Notes: generated by a model not told the origin, from the letters alone. A stretch of DNA of 64,000 bases from Trueperaceae bacterium (GCA_965213925.1 OZ243927.1:2848001-2912000), one strand, 5' to 3'; shown: positions 9,858-20,557, counted from the first letter of the stretch. A program made the numbers and translations.

Positions 9858-10721
9858 ATGAACCGTCGTATTTACCTGTTTTTCTCCGTCCTTGCGCTTC
9901 TGCTACTTATGGCTTGTAGTTCAGACCCAGTGACGCCAACACCAAATCCAACGCCTTCACCCGTGATCCCGCCCACACCGAACGGCAATACGATTTCAGG
10001 AACCGTCACGGGGCCTGGCGATGTCTCAAATACTCTCGTCATTGCTGCCGTTGGAGAAACCCCTGCATCTCAGGCCTTTGCGGATGCTTCAGGTAACTAC
10101 ACGCTTGCCGACCTTGCACCCGGTTCGTATCAAATAATTGCCGTCAAAGATATAGATAATAACGGTCTTACTAACGGCGACTACATTGGCGCTTATCCGA
10201 GTTTTGAAGCGCCCACCCCTGTTACACCACCCGCAAGTGGCATCAACATCACGATGCAAGTTTACAATGATGGGTCAGCACCTCCAGAGCCCGTCGATCC
10301 GGTTGATCCTACACCGACTCCTGGTACTGGGATTAGCGGCACGGTCACTGCGCTGCCCGGAACCGACATTGCTGGAACACTCGTAGGAGCTTGTCCTGTA
10401 GTAGGCGACAGCCCGGACTGCACCAATCCGGCAAGTATTATAGAGATTGCCCAAGCAGGACCGAGTGCGCCGTACACTCTCGACGTATCCGCAGGACTGT
10501 ATGCTGTCGCAGCGTATCAAAGCGCGGACGGAGGCAGCACCTACACCGTTGTAGGTATCTACGAAAATAGTCAAAATCTAGTCTACGTTTCGCCTCCAGC
10601 CAGCGATATTAACTTTCAAATAGAGATTGCCGCTGGTGCTACTAGCCTCGATGTCTCGGGAGTAGACAAACTGAACTCAAGCAAGCTCAACTTAGATAAG
10701 CTCCAGGACTTACTCGAGTAA
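9858..10721 (+). CDS. Lipoprotein with two carboxypeptidase-regulatory-like beta domains
   Basis: RBS AAGGAGG, lipobox LMAC, two ISGTVT...Y.L....G.Y units joined by Pro-rich linkers. Confidence 0.75.
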   Translation: MNRRIYLFFSVLALLLLMACSSDPVTPTPNPTPSPVIPPTPNGNTISGTVTGPGDVSNTLVIAAVGETPASQAFADASGNYTLADLAPGSYQIIAVKDIDNNGLTNGDYIGAYPSFEAPTPVTPPASGINITMQVYNDGSAPPEPVDPVDPTPTPGTGISGTVTALPGTDIAGTLVGACPVVGDSPDCTNPASIIEIAQAGPSAPYTLDVSAGLYAVAAYQSADGGSTYTVVGIYENSQNLVYVSPPASDINFQIEIAAGATSLDVSGVDKLNSSKLNLDKLQDLLE

Positions 10722-10736
10722 TACCCACGCCTAGAC

Positions 10737-10770
10737 GAGGAGAAGAGGTGCGACCTCTTCTCCTCTTTTT
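10737..10770 (+). terminator. Intrinsic terminator
   Basis: GAGGAGAAGAGGT-GCG-ACCTCTTCTCCTC plus T run. Confidence 0.85.
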
Positions 10771-10829
10771 AGCTCGAGCACACCAACCTCAAATATGCGC
10801 CGTAGCGAACGCCGAACTATCTAGCGCAC

Positions 10830-11957
10830 TCAAACCGATACCGCCTCAACCTTTTTCCAATCGTAGGTTTGTCCGCTCAGCGCCGTTAAAAGCGTGTTCA
10901 AGATGAGCGCGTCGGGACGGAGGTAGCGCCCATAATACCGCGCGTTATTCACCATCATCTCGCGTCTTAGCGCCTCGTCATCGAAAAGACGCTGCACCTG
11001 CGCCACGCACTGCTCGGGCGTGCTGAAGCTCAGGTAGTTGCGCCCCGCTTGGAAGTCGCCGGGCACCTCGTAGTTCAGCTTTTCCGAGACGATGGCTTTC
11101 GAAGTGGCGACGTACTCGCCCAGCTTTCCGCCTGTTGAGCCGAGCAGACCCGTCGTCGCGACACCGATGGGGTATTCCTGAAGCAGCTTAAAATAGTTGC
11201 CTTTCGAGGCGGCGGCAGCGTCTGGCATGAGCGCGTCCGGGTAGCGTTCCCGCGCGTAGGGTTCGTGCATGAATCCGCCGTAGAAACGCCTTCCGAACGC
11301 CTCTCTTAGCGCCCGAATACACGCCGCGCGCGTCTCGTTGATCTGGTCGAGTTCAGCGACGCGCTCGGGCGGACGGTCGGGCGCGCTGTAGGGGTCCCAG
11401 GTTCTCACCATGAAGAGCACCTTGGGCTGCGCTAAGTTTTGCGGCGGCAACGACTCGAGCATCGAGACCCGCGGCGTAAAGCCAAGCAGGTCGAACGCAC
11501 CGACGGGGCGAACGACGTGCCGCCAACTCTTTCGGTCGATAAATCTGAGGTTGCGCCGCGCGCCGCGCCAATCTGACCCGTCCGGGTAGACGTTGTAGTA
11601 AAGGCCTAGCGGGTGCACCTTCTCGCGCATATCCAGGTGCCGCAAATGACGCGCCGAAAAGCTCCGTTTGAAGTAGAGGTCGGACGCCTCTAAAAACGGC
11701 TCGTCGAGTTCCCAGCTGTCGTGTGCGTCGTAATGGAACCGCAACGTACCGTTGACGAGGACGCTCAGGTGCGCGCGCCTGGCGTCGCGAAGGTGCTTCG
11801 TCCGCTCGGGGAAGTGGGTAGGCTCCCCGGAGAAGTGCTGCTCCAAGTTGATGAGACCGCGCCGGTGGAGCATGAGAAAGCCCGTATAGGCTTGCTGAAC
11901 ATGGGGACCGTTCGAATGCGAGAGAAGTTGACAAGTCGTTTTCATGATGGAAGACAC
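10830..11957 (-). CDS. Putative glycosyltransferase-like protein (GT-B-type C-terminus)
   Basis: C-terminal GKLGEYVA..KAIVSE...F..G.NYL.F...E......RL..D...R..M pattern; RBS GAAGGT. Confidence 0.5.
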   Translation of the reverse strand: MSSIMKTTCQLLSHSNGPHVQQAYTGFLMLHRRGLINLEQHFSGEPTHFPERTKHLRDARRAHLSVLVNGTLRFHYDAHDSWELDEPFLEASDLYFKRSFSARHLRHLDMREKVHPLGLYYNVYPDGSDWRGARRNLRFIDRKSWRHVVRPVGAFDLLGFTPRVSMLESLPPQNLAQPKVLFMVRTWDPYSAPDRPPERVAELDQINETRAACIRALREAFGRRFYGGFMHEPYARERYPDALMPDAAAASKGNYFKLLQEYPIGVATTGLLGSTGGKLGEYVATSKAIVSEKLNYEVPGDFQAGRNYLSFSTPEQCVAQVQRLFDDEALRREMMVNNARYYGRYLRPDALILNTLLTALSGQTYDWKKVEAVSV

Positions 11958-12051
11958 CTTCTACCCTGCGCTATAGGACGCGGGTTCAGGCGTAACGTTT
12001 CGCCAGGTCGACGGTGCTTACATTTCGCAACCTTTTGGTACTACCCGCGCC

Positions 12052-12092
12052 CTTCAGGTTGCGCCGCTCATACCGAGCGGCGCAACCTGAAG
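12052..12092. repeat. Perfect 18-bp inverted repeat
   Basis: CTTCAGGTTGCGCCGCTC-ATACC-GAGCGGCGCAACCTGAAG. Confidence 0.9.
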
Positions 12093-12168
12093 TTACCCTA
12101 GTTTACTTTGATGTAACATTTCTCACTGTGACTGTTGACGCGACGAGTGGAAATGCGTTCAGCAGACC

Positions 12169-14043
12169 TTAGTCAGAAGCCTCGAGCACCTTGACCAAGT
12201 CGAGAGATGCGAGGACCTCACGAATGCCCTTAGGACCGTAGCCGTACTCCTCGTGCTGCGCCTTCGGATCGCCGTGCGGCACGTGCTCGTCGGGGATGCC
12301 TAAGCGGATGAGTTGCGTCTCTAGGCGCTCGTCTTTGAGAAACTCCGCTACCGCCGAGCCTAGCCCACCGGTGCGGACGTGATCTTCCGCGGTGATGAGC
12401 ACGTCCGCTTCTTCGGCTATTGACCTTAGCATGTCCTCGTCGAACGGCTTGACAAAGCGCGCGTTGATGACGCCCACTTCGGGGGAGCCCTCGGCGGCTT
12501 GCAGCGCGTAGCCGAGTGTCGGACCGAGCGCTAGGATATAGGCTTTTTTGCCCTCTTTGAGCCGTTCCCAACTCCCCCAGGTGATGTCGGGCCACTCGCC
12601 TAACCCTACGTCTGGCGCGGCGGCAGTTTTGCCTCTAGGCCAGCGGATCGCTTTAGGACCGCTTAGCCTCAGCGCTGCTTTGAACATCGCGCGCATCTCC
12701 TGCGCGTCTTTGGGCATCGCCACCGACATATTAGGGAGCGCGCGCAAGTAAGCGATGTCGTAAACGCCCTGGTGCGTCATGCCGTCGCTGCCGACGAGCC
12801 CGGCGCGGTCGATCGCAAACATCACGTCCAGGTTTTCCAAGCACACGTCGTGAATGACTTGGTCGTAGCCGCGCTGCAAAAAGGTGCTGTAGATCGCGAC
12901 GATGGGTTTTTCACCGCGCAGGGCTAAACCCGCCGCCGTCGTCACGCACACGTCTTCGGCGATGCCTACGTCTAAATAGCGATCCGGGTGCGCTTGGCTG
13001 TAACCGTCGAGCCCGCTGCCGATGCGCATGGCGGGCGTGAGAACCCACACCCGGTCGTCCTTATCAGCGAGTTCGGTAGCGGTGTCACCGAAGGCGTTGC
13101 TCCAGCCGTACGCCTTATCCGCTTTGACTGGGTTGACCGCGTCAAACTTGGGCGGACCGTGCCAGTACATCGGGTCGGACTCGGCGATCTTATAGCCCTT
13201 GCCCTTTTTCGTGACGATGTGGAGCATGGTGGGACCGGGCAAGTGTTCGACGTGCTCTAGGTAGTACAAAAGCTGGTCGATGTCGTGACCGTCAATAGGA
13301 CCGACGTAACGCAGCCCCATCGCGTGAAAGGGGTTGGCGCTCGCCGGGTCAAAAAAGCGCCGCGCGGACTTCTTGGCGCGGCTGCCGAATTCGGCTAGGG
13401 GCTGCCACATCCCGGAGAGCGCCCGCTTGCCCGTCTCCTCGGCGTTTTGAAACCACTCTTGCACCTGCAGCGTGCGCATAAACGTGTTGAGCGCACCGAC
13501 GTTCTCGCTGATCGACATCTCGTTGTCGTTCAAAATAATCGTCATCTTAGGTTTGACGTGACCGATCTGGTTGAGCGCCGCTAACGCCTCGCCGCCCGTC
13601 AGCGCGCCGTCGCCAATCACCGCGAGCACGCTGTAGGGCGCTTTTCTGGCGTCCCTAGCGAGCGCCATACCGAACGCCGCCGCCAAGCTCGTGCTGGCGT
13701 GCCCCACGGTGAGCGCGTCGTGCGGCGACTCGGACGAGGTCGTGAAACCCGCCAAGCCGCCCGGCTTGCGGATCGTGTCAATGCGGTCTTTGCGCCCCGT
13801 AATGATTTTATGACCGTAGGTCTGATGACCCACATCCCAGACGATGCGGTCCTGGGCGGTGTTATAGAGGTGATGGAGCGCTACGGTCAGTTCGACCGCG
13901 CCTAGGCTCGAGGCCAGATGCCCTCCACCCAACGCGCACACCCGCACGATCTCGCTACGCAGTTCACCGGCGAGCTGATGCAGTTCGTCGCGCGAAAGCG
14001 CCGTTACGTCGTCCGTGCTGTTGACGCGCTCAAGCACTGACAT
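12169..14043 (-). CDS. dxs: 1-deoxy-D-xylulose-5-phosphate synthase
   Basis: GGHLASSLGAVEL, WDVGHQ, GHASTS, GDGALTGG, NDNEMSI, YSTFLQRGYDQ. Confidence 0.98.
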   Translation of the reverse strand: MSVLERVNSTDDVTALSRDELHQLAGELRSEIVRVCALGGGHLASSLGAVELTVALHHLYNTAQDRIVWDVGHQTYGHKIITGRKDRIDTIRKPGGLAGFTTSSESPHDALTVGHASTSLAAAFGMALARDARKAPYSVLAVIGDGALTGGEALAALNQIGHVKPKMTIILNDNEMSISENVGALNTFMRTLQVQEWFQNAEETGKRALSGMWQPLAEFGSRAKKSARRFFDPASANPFHAMGLRYVGPIDGHDIDQLLYYLEHVEHLPGPTMLHIVTKKGKGYKIAESDPMYWHGPPKFDAVNPVKADKAYGWSNAFGDTATELADKDDRVWVLTPAMRIGSGLDGYSQAHPDRYLDVGIAEDVCVTTAAGLALRGEKPIVAIYSTFLQRGYDQVIHDVCLENLDVMFAIDRAGLVGSDGMTHQGVYDIAYLRALPNMSVAMPKDAQEMRAMFKAALRLSGPKAIRWPRGKTAAAPDVGLGEWPDITWGSWERLKEGKKAYILALGPTLGYALQAAEGSPEVGVINARFVKPFDEDMLRSIAEEADVLITAEDHVRTGGLGSAVAEFLKDERLETQLIRLGIPDEHVPHGDPKAQHEEYGYGPKGIREVLASLDLVKVLEASD

Positions 14044-14279
14044 AAGGTCTCCTGCGGGTTATAAGGATCCGAAAAGAGCAAACAGCATTGTTACACATAA
14101 CTCAGTCTATCAGGGAGCTTTGCCCGAGCTATGTGTGGAGACCTCCTGTTAAAGTTGCGTGAACCCTGCGGGAGATTTTTTTGATCCTGCGCGCTTAGTT
14201 AGAGGCGAACCGAGCGAGTTCCCGGTCGCTGCTTCTCACAGTGCTTCTTTCGGTGCAGCGTTACAGTGCCTACGCAGAC

Positions 14280-14969
14280 CTACTGCGCCTGCGCAAGCCC
14301 AAAGTTCGCGTCTGTCAGCACGAGGTCGAGTTCGGTGCGCACCTCGCCAACAAAGGGCGCGAACCAGATTTCTTGACGCACCGTCTGAGTGTCCGTCTCG
14401 TCCTCCGCGCCCCTAAGTTGGCTCTCCAAGTTAATGACGAAGACGTCGAACGCCCCCGCTTCGACCCGCACCTGCCGCTTATCCACCACCGAATAGGTAT
14501 AGGTAAAGCGCAAGGTGTCGCGTTGACTTTCGGGAGGCGCGTCGGAGTAGTAGATGTTGGCGGTGGACTCGCCGCCCCAGCTCGCGCCGACGCGCAGAGC
14601 GCTCTGCGCGGGCAGTTCTTGGAGGGGCGGGTCGAAGGTGAGCTGCGTGCCGGGGCGTAGCTCGCGCAGCACGAAGACCCCCTCGGGTCGGTACTGCTTA
14701 AAGGTGCGCACGTCCAAGCCGCGCCCCGCTAAGCGCCAAGCGATCCAGCGCTCGCCGCCGATAAGGGTGGGACCTTCGACTTGCTGAAAGACGGGGAGCG
14801 CGCCGAGCGACGCGCCCGCAGGCAAGTAGGTCCAGGTCGCACCCGTCTCTCGAGGATAAAAGGAAGGCTCGCCCGCGAGCTGCGCAATCTCGACGCGGCC
14901 CTCTTCAGCGGAGGGCGCGCACGCGCTGAGCAGCAGCGCTAAAACGAGCAGGAGGGAAAAACGCATCAT
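14280..14969 (-). CDS. Hypothetical lipoprotein
   Basis: Lipobox LSAC; V.VEAGAF and WFAPFVGEVR motifs; leaderless TACATT box fixes start at 14969. Confidence 0.7.
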   Translation of the reverse strand: MMRFSLLLVLALLLSACAPSAEEGRVEIAQLAGEPSFYPRETGATWTYLPAGASLGALPVFQQVEGPTLIGGERWIAWRLAGRGLDVRTFKQYRPEGVFVLRELRPGTQLTFDPPLQELPAQSALRVGASWGGESTANIYYSDAPPESQRDTLRFTYTYSVVDKRQVRVEAGAFDVFVINLESQLRGAEDETDTQTVRQEIWFAPFVGEVRTELDLVLTDANFGLAQAQ

Positions 14970-15137
14970 GCTTTTAATGTACCGTGACCCTCGCAAGATG
15001 CTTTGAAGAATTTCACATCGGGGCGTGCGAGCGTCCGCGCCTATTCTCTGCATATCCTTGACGCCCTCCATAGCGCGGTGAAGCAGTGCTTTTCACAAAG
15101 TGCCGCGCGCCCCTACAGGAGTGTTAGCATACCCTCT

Positions 15138-15899
15138 ATGCGCACGCTCATCCTCAGCGATATTCACGCCAACCTCGTCGCCTTCGAAGCGACCATGCGC
15201 CACGCCTCGAAGCAAAGCTGGGATGAGGTCGTCTTTCTGGGCGACATCGTCGGCTACTACGCCGAGCCCGAACAGAGCGTGGCGACGCTGCGCGAGCTAA
15301 ATCCTAAAGTGACGATCCTCGGCAACCACGACGCGATGCTCCTGAGCGAAGTCGGCGAGCGCGGCAGCAGCGACTTTCGCTCGCGCAGCGTCGTCGCGGA
15401 GGTCGTGAGCAAGCACGCGCAGGCGCTGTCTAAAGAGAGCATCGACTATATCAGCAGTTTTCAAGATCACGCCTTAGCCGACGGGTGGGAGGCGACGCAC
15501 GGCTCCTTGAAAGAGCGCTGGGCGTACCTCTCGGACTTGCCCAAAGCGCAGAAGAATCTGCCCGCGATGCAGCGCGACCTCTTGCTCTTCGGGCATACGC
15601 ACGTGCCTGTCGCGTACGTATGCATTACGGTCGGCGGCAAAGAGATGTGGCGCACCGTGCCTTTTCGCGCCGAGAGCGCACGCTACCGAATCCCGCCTAA
15701 CGCGCGGGTGCTCTTTAACCCCGGCTCGGTGGGGCAGCCGCGCGACGGCGTGCCCCAAGCGAGCTACGCCATCTTGGACGAAGAGGCGCAAACGTTGGAG
15801 CTGTTCCGCGTGGATTTCGACATCACCAAGGTGCAGCGGCGGCTGCGCGAGGCCGGCTACGAGCCCTCGCTGGGGACGAGGCTCGAGCGCGGCACGTAG
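15138..15899 (+). CDS. Calcineurin-like metallophosphoesterase
   Basis: SDIHAN, LGDIVGY, GNHD, GHTH, NPGSVGQPRDG; leaderless TAGCAT 15125-15130. Confidence 0.92.
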   Translation: MRTLILSDIHANLVAFEATMRHASKQSWDEVVFLGDIVGYYAEPEQSVATLRELNPKVTILGNHDAMLLSEVGERGSSDFRSRSVVAEVVSKHAQALSKESIDYISSFQDHALADGWEATHGSLKERWAYLSDLPKAQKNLPAMQRDLLLFGHTHVPVAYVCITVGGKEMWRTVPFRAESARYRIPPNARVLFNPGSVGQPRDGVPQASYAILDEEAQTLELFRVDFDITKVQRRLREAGYEPSLGTRLERGT

Positions 15900-15910
15900 A
15901 CCATACAGGT

Positions 15911-16840
15911 ATGAACGTGAATATGAACATAGAACCCTTAGAGTTCATCGGTCACGGCGAGGTCAAAGCGGTGCTGCGCCGCCTGGACACCCACACGCTC
16001 CTCTTCGTCGGTCCGGCGAGCGTCGGGCGTCGGCGCGTCGCGAGGTGGTACGCCGCGCTCTTAAACTGCGAGCGTAGAGGTGACGAGCCGTGCGGACACT
16101 GCCCTAGCTGCCGCCTCTTCGAGAGTGATCATCCCGACTACCGCGAAATCGCGCCTAAAACAACAACGAAAACGGGCAAGCGGAAGCGCGAGCTAGAAAT
16201 TCTTATAGGTCAACTCGTTCCACGAGAAGGCGAACCGGACCCGCTCGGACCCTGGTTAGAGACGCGCCCGCGTTTCCGGCGGCGCGTCGGCGTCATCGAC
16301 AGCGCAGAGACTTTGAACCCACAAGCCGCTAACGCCTTCTTGAAGTTTTTAGAGGAGCCGCCCTCGTACGCTGTGATTATCCTGATCGCGCCGAGCCCGC
16401 AAGCCGTGCTGCCAACCATCGCCTCGCGCAGCACGCCCGTGCGCTTTGGGACAGTGGATGTGTCGTCACTCGAGACACCCATCCCACACCCCGCCGCGCG
16501 GCTCGGACGCGCTGGGGATTTAATCCGCGCGGCAGAACATCCTGAGGATTTCACCGCGCTCACTGAGCTGGTGAATAGCTACGTCCTGTCGTTAGAAAAA
16601 GGGTTGGAAGAAGCCCTAGAAAAAGCCGACGCTTTAGAGAAAGCCTGGTCGAGTGAGACACGCTTCAACCTTCCCGAACTGCTCCGCGCCCGCCTAAGCG
16701 CCCTCTCCCATAGTGCCTACGCGAGCGCGCTCATCGCTTTGGAGCGGTGCGAAAACGCACTTGTCGCTTACGCTTCGCCGGGGTTGGCGGTGCAGGTGTT
16801 GACGTTAGAACTGAGAGAGGTCGTTCGTAACAGTAGATGA
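15911..16840 (+). CDS. holB: DNA polymerase III subunit delta'
   Basis: PCGHCPSC zinc motif, HPD, AANAFLKFLEEPP, LPTIASR. Confidence 0.9.
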   Translation: MNVNMNIEPLEFIGHGEVKAVLRRLDTHTLLFVGPASVGRRRVARWYAALLNCERRGDEPCGHCPSCRLFESDHPDYREIAPKTTTKTGKRKRELEILIGQLVPREGEPDPLGPWLETRPRFRRRVGVIDSAETLNPQAANAFLKFLEEPPSYAVIILIAPSPQAVLPTIASRSTPVRFGTVDVSSLETPIPHPAARLGRAGDLIRAAEHPEDFTALTELVNSYVLSLEKGLEEALEKADALEKAWSSETRFNLPELLRARLSALSHSAYASALIALERCENALVAYASPGLAVQVLTLELREVVRNSR

Positions 16841-16875
16841 CTCAGAAAACTCACATAATTTGTTAGCCTGTTATC

Positions 16876-17664
16876 ATGCAAAATAGCGAACAAAGAGAGA
16901 GATGGCATTAAAACCTCACTAAGTTTTTTGAAAATCCTTCAAAAGATAATCTTCGCAGCTTACTTCTCAATCATACAGGCGAACATAACGAGTTAGATTT
17001 CAAAGAGGAGTGGTCCAGCTTTCCAAAAATAGCAAAACATGTCTTAGCAATGGCTAATTCCGGCGGGGGCTGCATCATTTTTGGGATAAAGGATGAAACT
17101 CAGCAGCTTATAGGCATAAGCTCTTTCGAAGACGAATCGAAACTGTTTAACAAGATTAAGAAGTTTATTCCGATACAGCTCAAATACAAGTTACACAGTT
17201 TTGATTGTGAAACTGATACGTCCAGCGAGTTGAGAGGTAAAAAGTTTCAGGCTTTGCTCATAGAGGACAATCCCAAATATATTCCTTTCATATCGGAAAA
17301 GAGTTCAGGAGGAGATATAGAAGAAGGCAAGATATACGTTAGGCGTGGTACTAACTCCGAACAAGGCAACTATGAAGAGGTGCAAGAAATTATTAACAGG
17401 CGCATAGAAACAAACGTTTCAATTCGAAGTGAGCTTTCACTCGAAAGGCATTATCGTGAGTTGAGGCAACTTGATGAGCAACTTCCGAAGCCCGGCTCAA
17501 CCGAAGCAATAACTGAAAACCTGAGTCAGTTGACAGCGGACATTTATAGTTCACGTATTGGCGGTGTGCGGCGCGAAGAAAGGTTTTTTGACTTCATAAG
17601 GAGAATGATAGAAGAGAAGAAGCACTTGATAGAGTTCAAGCTCGAAGACCAAGAAAAGTATTGA
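16876..17664 (+). pseudogene. AlbA_2/Schlafen-domain protein with premature stop at codon 12
   Basis: ATG 16876 (TAGCCT box 6 nt upstream) is in frame with the ORF at 17050; TAA at 16909-16911; E.NELDFKE and AMANSGGGCIIFGIKD, YVRRGT motifs; AT-rich. Confidence 0.8.
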
Positions 17665-17722
17665 GCTTCCCTCTCACCTCCTGTATCCTCTTTTCTTAGT
17701 GAATGGAGGCTCTTAAACAAAC

Positions 17723-18969
17723 GTGAACAGCATCAATAATATTGTGGTCCAGAAGTACGGCGGCACCTCGGTGGGCGACGTCGAAAGAATCAGCAAGGTC
17801 GCGGCGCGCGTCGCGAGAGCGGTGAACGAGGGTCACAAAGTCGCCGTGACGGTTTCCGCGATGGGGCGCACCACCGACCGCCTCGTCTCGCTGGCGAAAG
17901 AGGTCACGCCTCGCCCGAGCCGCCGCGAGTTGGACGTCTTGATGGCGACGGGCGAGCAGCAGTCGACGGCGCTCCTCAGCATGGCGCTGCACAAGTTGGG
18001 CGTCAAGGCGCGCTCCTTTACGGGGCAGCAGGCGGGCTTTTTGACGGACGACTTCAGCGGCGGCGCGAGGATCATCGAGGTCAACCCGGCGCGGATTTTA
18101 GAACGCCTTTAGAGACGGACGACGTCGCGGTCATCGCGGGCTTTCAGGGGGTGGACGCGCTCGGCAACATCACCACGCTCGGGCGGGGCGGCTCGGACAC
18201 GACGGCGGTGGCAATAGCGGCGGCCTTGGAGGCGGACACCTGCGACATCTACACGGACACCGAAGGCGTCTATACGACGGACCCGCACCTCGTGCCGAGC
18301 GCGAAGAAGTTAGAGACGATCGACTACGAAGAGATGTTAGAACTCGCCTCTTTGGGCGCTCAGGTCTTGCACCCGAGGAGCGTCTGGTACGCGCGGCGCT
18401 ACGGCGTGCGCGTGCACGTGCGCTCGTCGTTTTCGTATAACCCAGGCACCATCGTTACGAATCTAGGCGTCACCGAAGGGGAGAAACGCATGAAGACAGA
18501 TAGGCCCGTGACGGGCGTCGCTTTAGACCGCTCGCACGCCCGCATCTACCTCACGGGCGTCGAGGATACGCCCGGCGTCGCCGCGAGGGTCTTTAGCGCC
18601 TTGGGCGACGCGAACATCAGCGTGGACATGATCATTCAGGGCGTGCCGGGCGACGGCAGCCGTCAGCAGATGGCGTTTACGCTCAACCAGGACACCGTCG
18701 CGGACGCTTTAGAGGTTGTGAAGCCGGTTCTAGCCGAGGTGGGCGGCTCGGCGCAGGCGGACCCGGACATCGCCAAGCTCTCCATCGTCGGCGTGGCGGT
18801 CGGCTCGACGCCCGGCGTAGCGGGGCGCATGTTCGCCGCCATCGCCGAAACGGGCGCGAACATCGAGATGATCGCGACCAGTGAGGTGCGTGTGTCGGTG
18901 GTGCTGCGCTCGAGACACGCGGAAGAGGCGCTCAAAGCAGTTCATCAGGCGTTCGGTCTGGAAATGTGA
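17723..18969 (+). pseudogene. ask: Aspartate kinase alpha subunit, frameshifted near 18109
   Basis: [18 protein letters not shown] in frame 1; [23 protein letters not shown] and ACT domains continue in the -1 frame. Confidence 0.9.
18490..18969 (+). CDS. askB: Aspartate kinase beta (regulatory) subunit, internal in-frame start
   Basis: Internal RBS GAAGGGGAG before ATG 18490; [13 protein letters not shown]... two ACT domains as in Thermus askAB. Confidence 0.75.
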   Translation: MKTDRPVTGVALDRSHARIYLTGVEDTPGVAARVFSALGDANISVDMIIQGVPGDGSRQQMAFTLNQDTVADALEVVKPVLAEVGGSAQADPDIAKLSIVGVAVGSTPGVAGRMFAAIAETGANIEMIATSEVRVSVVLRSRHAEEALKAVHQAFGLEM

Positions 18970-19097
18970 CAGGAAACTCTTTTTAATGATGAGAACATTG
19001 TGCGTCTCGTTATAGTGCTACGCCGGGCGGTAGGTCATCCTCGAGTTGGACAGTGGAAAAATTCACATTGCAAGGCGCAACACAGATTGGAGCACAT

Positions 19098-19610
19098 ATG
19101 AACCGCACGATACTTTTTTCCTTAATTCTATCTCTAGGCGTGCTACTTGCAGCTTGTGACTCGGATGACGAAACGCCCGAAAGCACAAGCTACACGCTTA
19201 ACGAAGTTGATGGCTCGGGTGTAACGGGCACAGCTACCTTCACTAAAATATCGGATACAGAAACTGAAGTGACGCTCGACATCACGGGTGACGCTGTTAC
19301 AGGTGACCATCCCGCGCACATCCATTCAGGCGCGGCGGGCAGCGGCGGTCCTATCGTTGTACCACTTACAACAGTTGATGCGGCAGCGACAGAAGGTGAA
19401 AGTATCGAAACGACGCAAGGCGGCGACCTTGCTGAAGGGAACAGTGTTACGACAGTGACACAGTATGACAGTGATGAAGATGGAACCGCAGAAACGGATA
19501 TAGATTATGAAGGGCTGCTCGAGTATAACGGTTACATTAACGTTCACGAAAGCCCCGACAATCTCGCCAATGTGATCTCTACAACGAACATCGGCGCAAA
19601 CGCTGAGTAA
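19098..19610 (+). CDS. CHRD-domain lipoprotein
   Basis: Lipobox LAAC, HPAHIHSGAAGSGGPIVVPL, YINVHES; RBS GGAG. Confidence 0.8.
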   Translation: MNRTILFSLILSLGVLLAACDSDDETPESTSYTLNEVDGSGVTGTATFTKISDTETEVTLDITGDAVTGDHPAHIHSGAAGSGGPIVVPLTTVDAAATEGESIETTQGGDLAEGNSVTTVTQYDSDEDGTAETDIDYEGLLEYNGYINVHESPDNLANVISTTNIGANAE

Positions 19611-19630
19611 TTAGCTTCAGCAACCAAGAC

Positions 19631-19661
19631 GAGGGTGACCAAATAGGTCACCCTCATTTTT
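19631..19661 (+). terminator. Intrinsic terminator
   Basis: GAGGGTGACC-AAATA-GGTCACCCTC followed by ATTTTT. Confidence 0.85.
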
Positions 19662-19690
19662 ATTATCTTTCCGTGAGGTTCAATGCTTTC

Positions 19691-20557
19691 ATGAGAAGTT
19701 TTATGATGAAGTGGACCATTTTAGTGAGTTTGAGCCTCGTTTTAGCAGCTTGTGGCACGTCTAGTGACCCAAATCCGGACGATAGCGACGAGCCAGGTGA
19801 GCTTATCCAGGAGAACTCCGTGGTGGACGTCGCCGAGGAAGCGGGTCTCAGCGCCTTTGTGCAGGCCTTGGAGGAGGCGTTTGGCGACGACGAATTTAGA
19901 GACAGCGGTCCTTACACGCTCTTCGTGCCGACCAACGCTGCTTTTAGCGCAGCAGATACGAGTGCGGAAGATTTGCTCGAATACCACGTCGTCAAGGGCA
20001 CGTACACCTTAGAAGATTTAGAGAGTGGAGCGCTCACAACCGAGAGCGGGCTCGATATTGAGGTGTCCGTGAGTGGCAACAGCGTAAGCTTAAACGGTGA
20101 AGCGGAAGTGGTGCCGCCCAACAATTTAGAGGCGGTCAACGGGGTCGTTCATGCAATTGGCAACGTGCTCACACCGCCCGACAGCTCCGACGAGGATGAC
20201 CCTGGCGAGGGTGAAGCGACCGCCTTCTTCGCCGAGCTTGGTCCGGTGGCTGAAGGGGTCAGCGCGGAGGCGTCAGGCGAGGCGATCGCAACTTTAGACG
20301 GCGAGACCCTCTCCGCCGAAGGCAGCGTACAGAACCTCTCGGGCGAAATCACCCAGGTAGGTCTTTACGAGGGTGGCGGCGACGACGTGGGCATCTTGTT
20401 CTATGAACTCGAGGTTGACGGCACCAGCTTCAGCGGCGAATTCACGCTCTCACGCGAAGAGCTTGCTATCCTCGCTGACGGGAACTTCTACGTGACCGTT
20501 TCCACCGAAGCCTACCCCGAAGGCGAGGTCAGCGGACCGCTCCTCAGCGAGGATTAA
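19691..20557 (+). CDS. Fasciclin (FAS1) plus CHRD-like lipoprotein
   Basis: Lipobox LAAC; YTLFVPTNAAF, LLEYHVV, NGVVHAIGNVL; C-terminal FYVTVST..YPEGEVSG. Confidence 0.85.
   Translation: MRSFMMKWTILVSLSLVLAACGTSSDPNPDDSDEPGELIQENSVVDVAEEAGLSAFVQALEEAFGDDEFRDSGPYTLFVPTNAAFSAADTSAEDLLEYHVVKGTYTLEDLESGALTTESGLDIEVSVSGNSVSLNGEAEVVPPNNLEAVNGVVHAIGNVLTPPDSSDEDDPGEGEATAFFAELGPVAEGVSAEASGEAIATLDGETLSAEGSVQNLSGEITQVGLYEGGGDDVGILFYELEVDGTSFSGEFTLSREELAILADGNFYVTVSTEAYPEGEVSGPLLSED

Noticed and set aside
18104..18115. prfB-like programmed frameshift at CTT TAG
   Set aside because: prfB shifts +1 whereas -1 is needed here, and there is no canonical slippery heptamer
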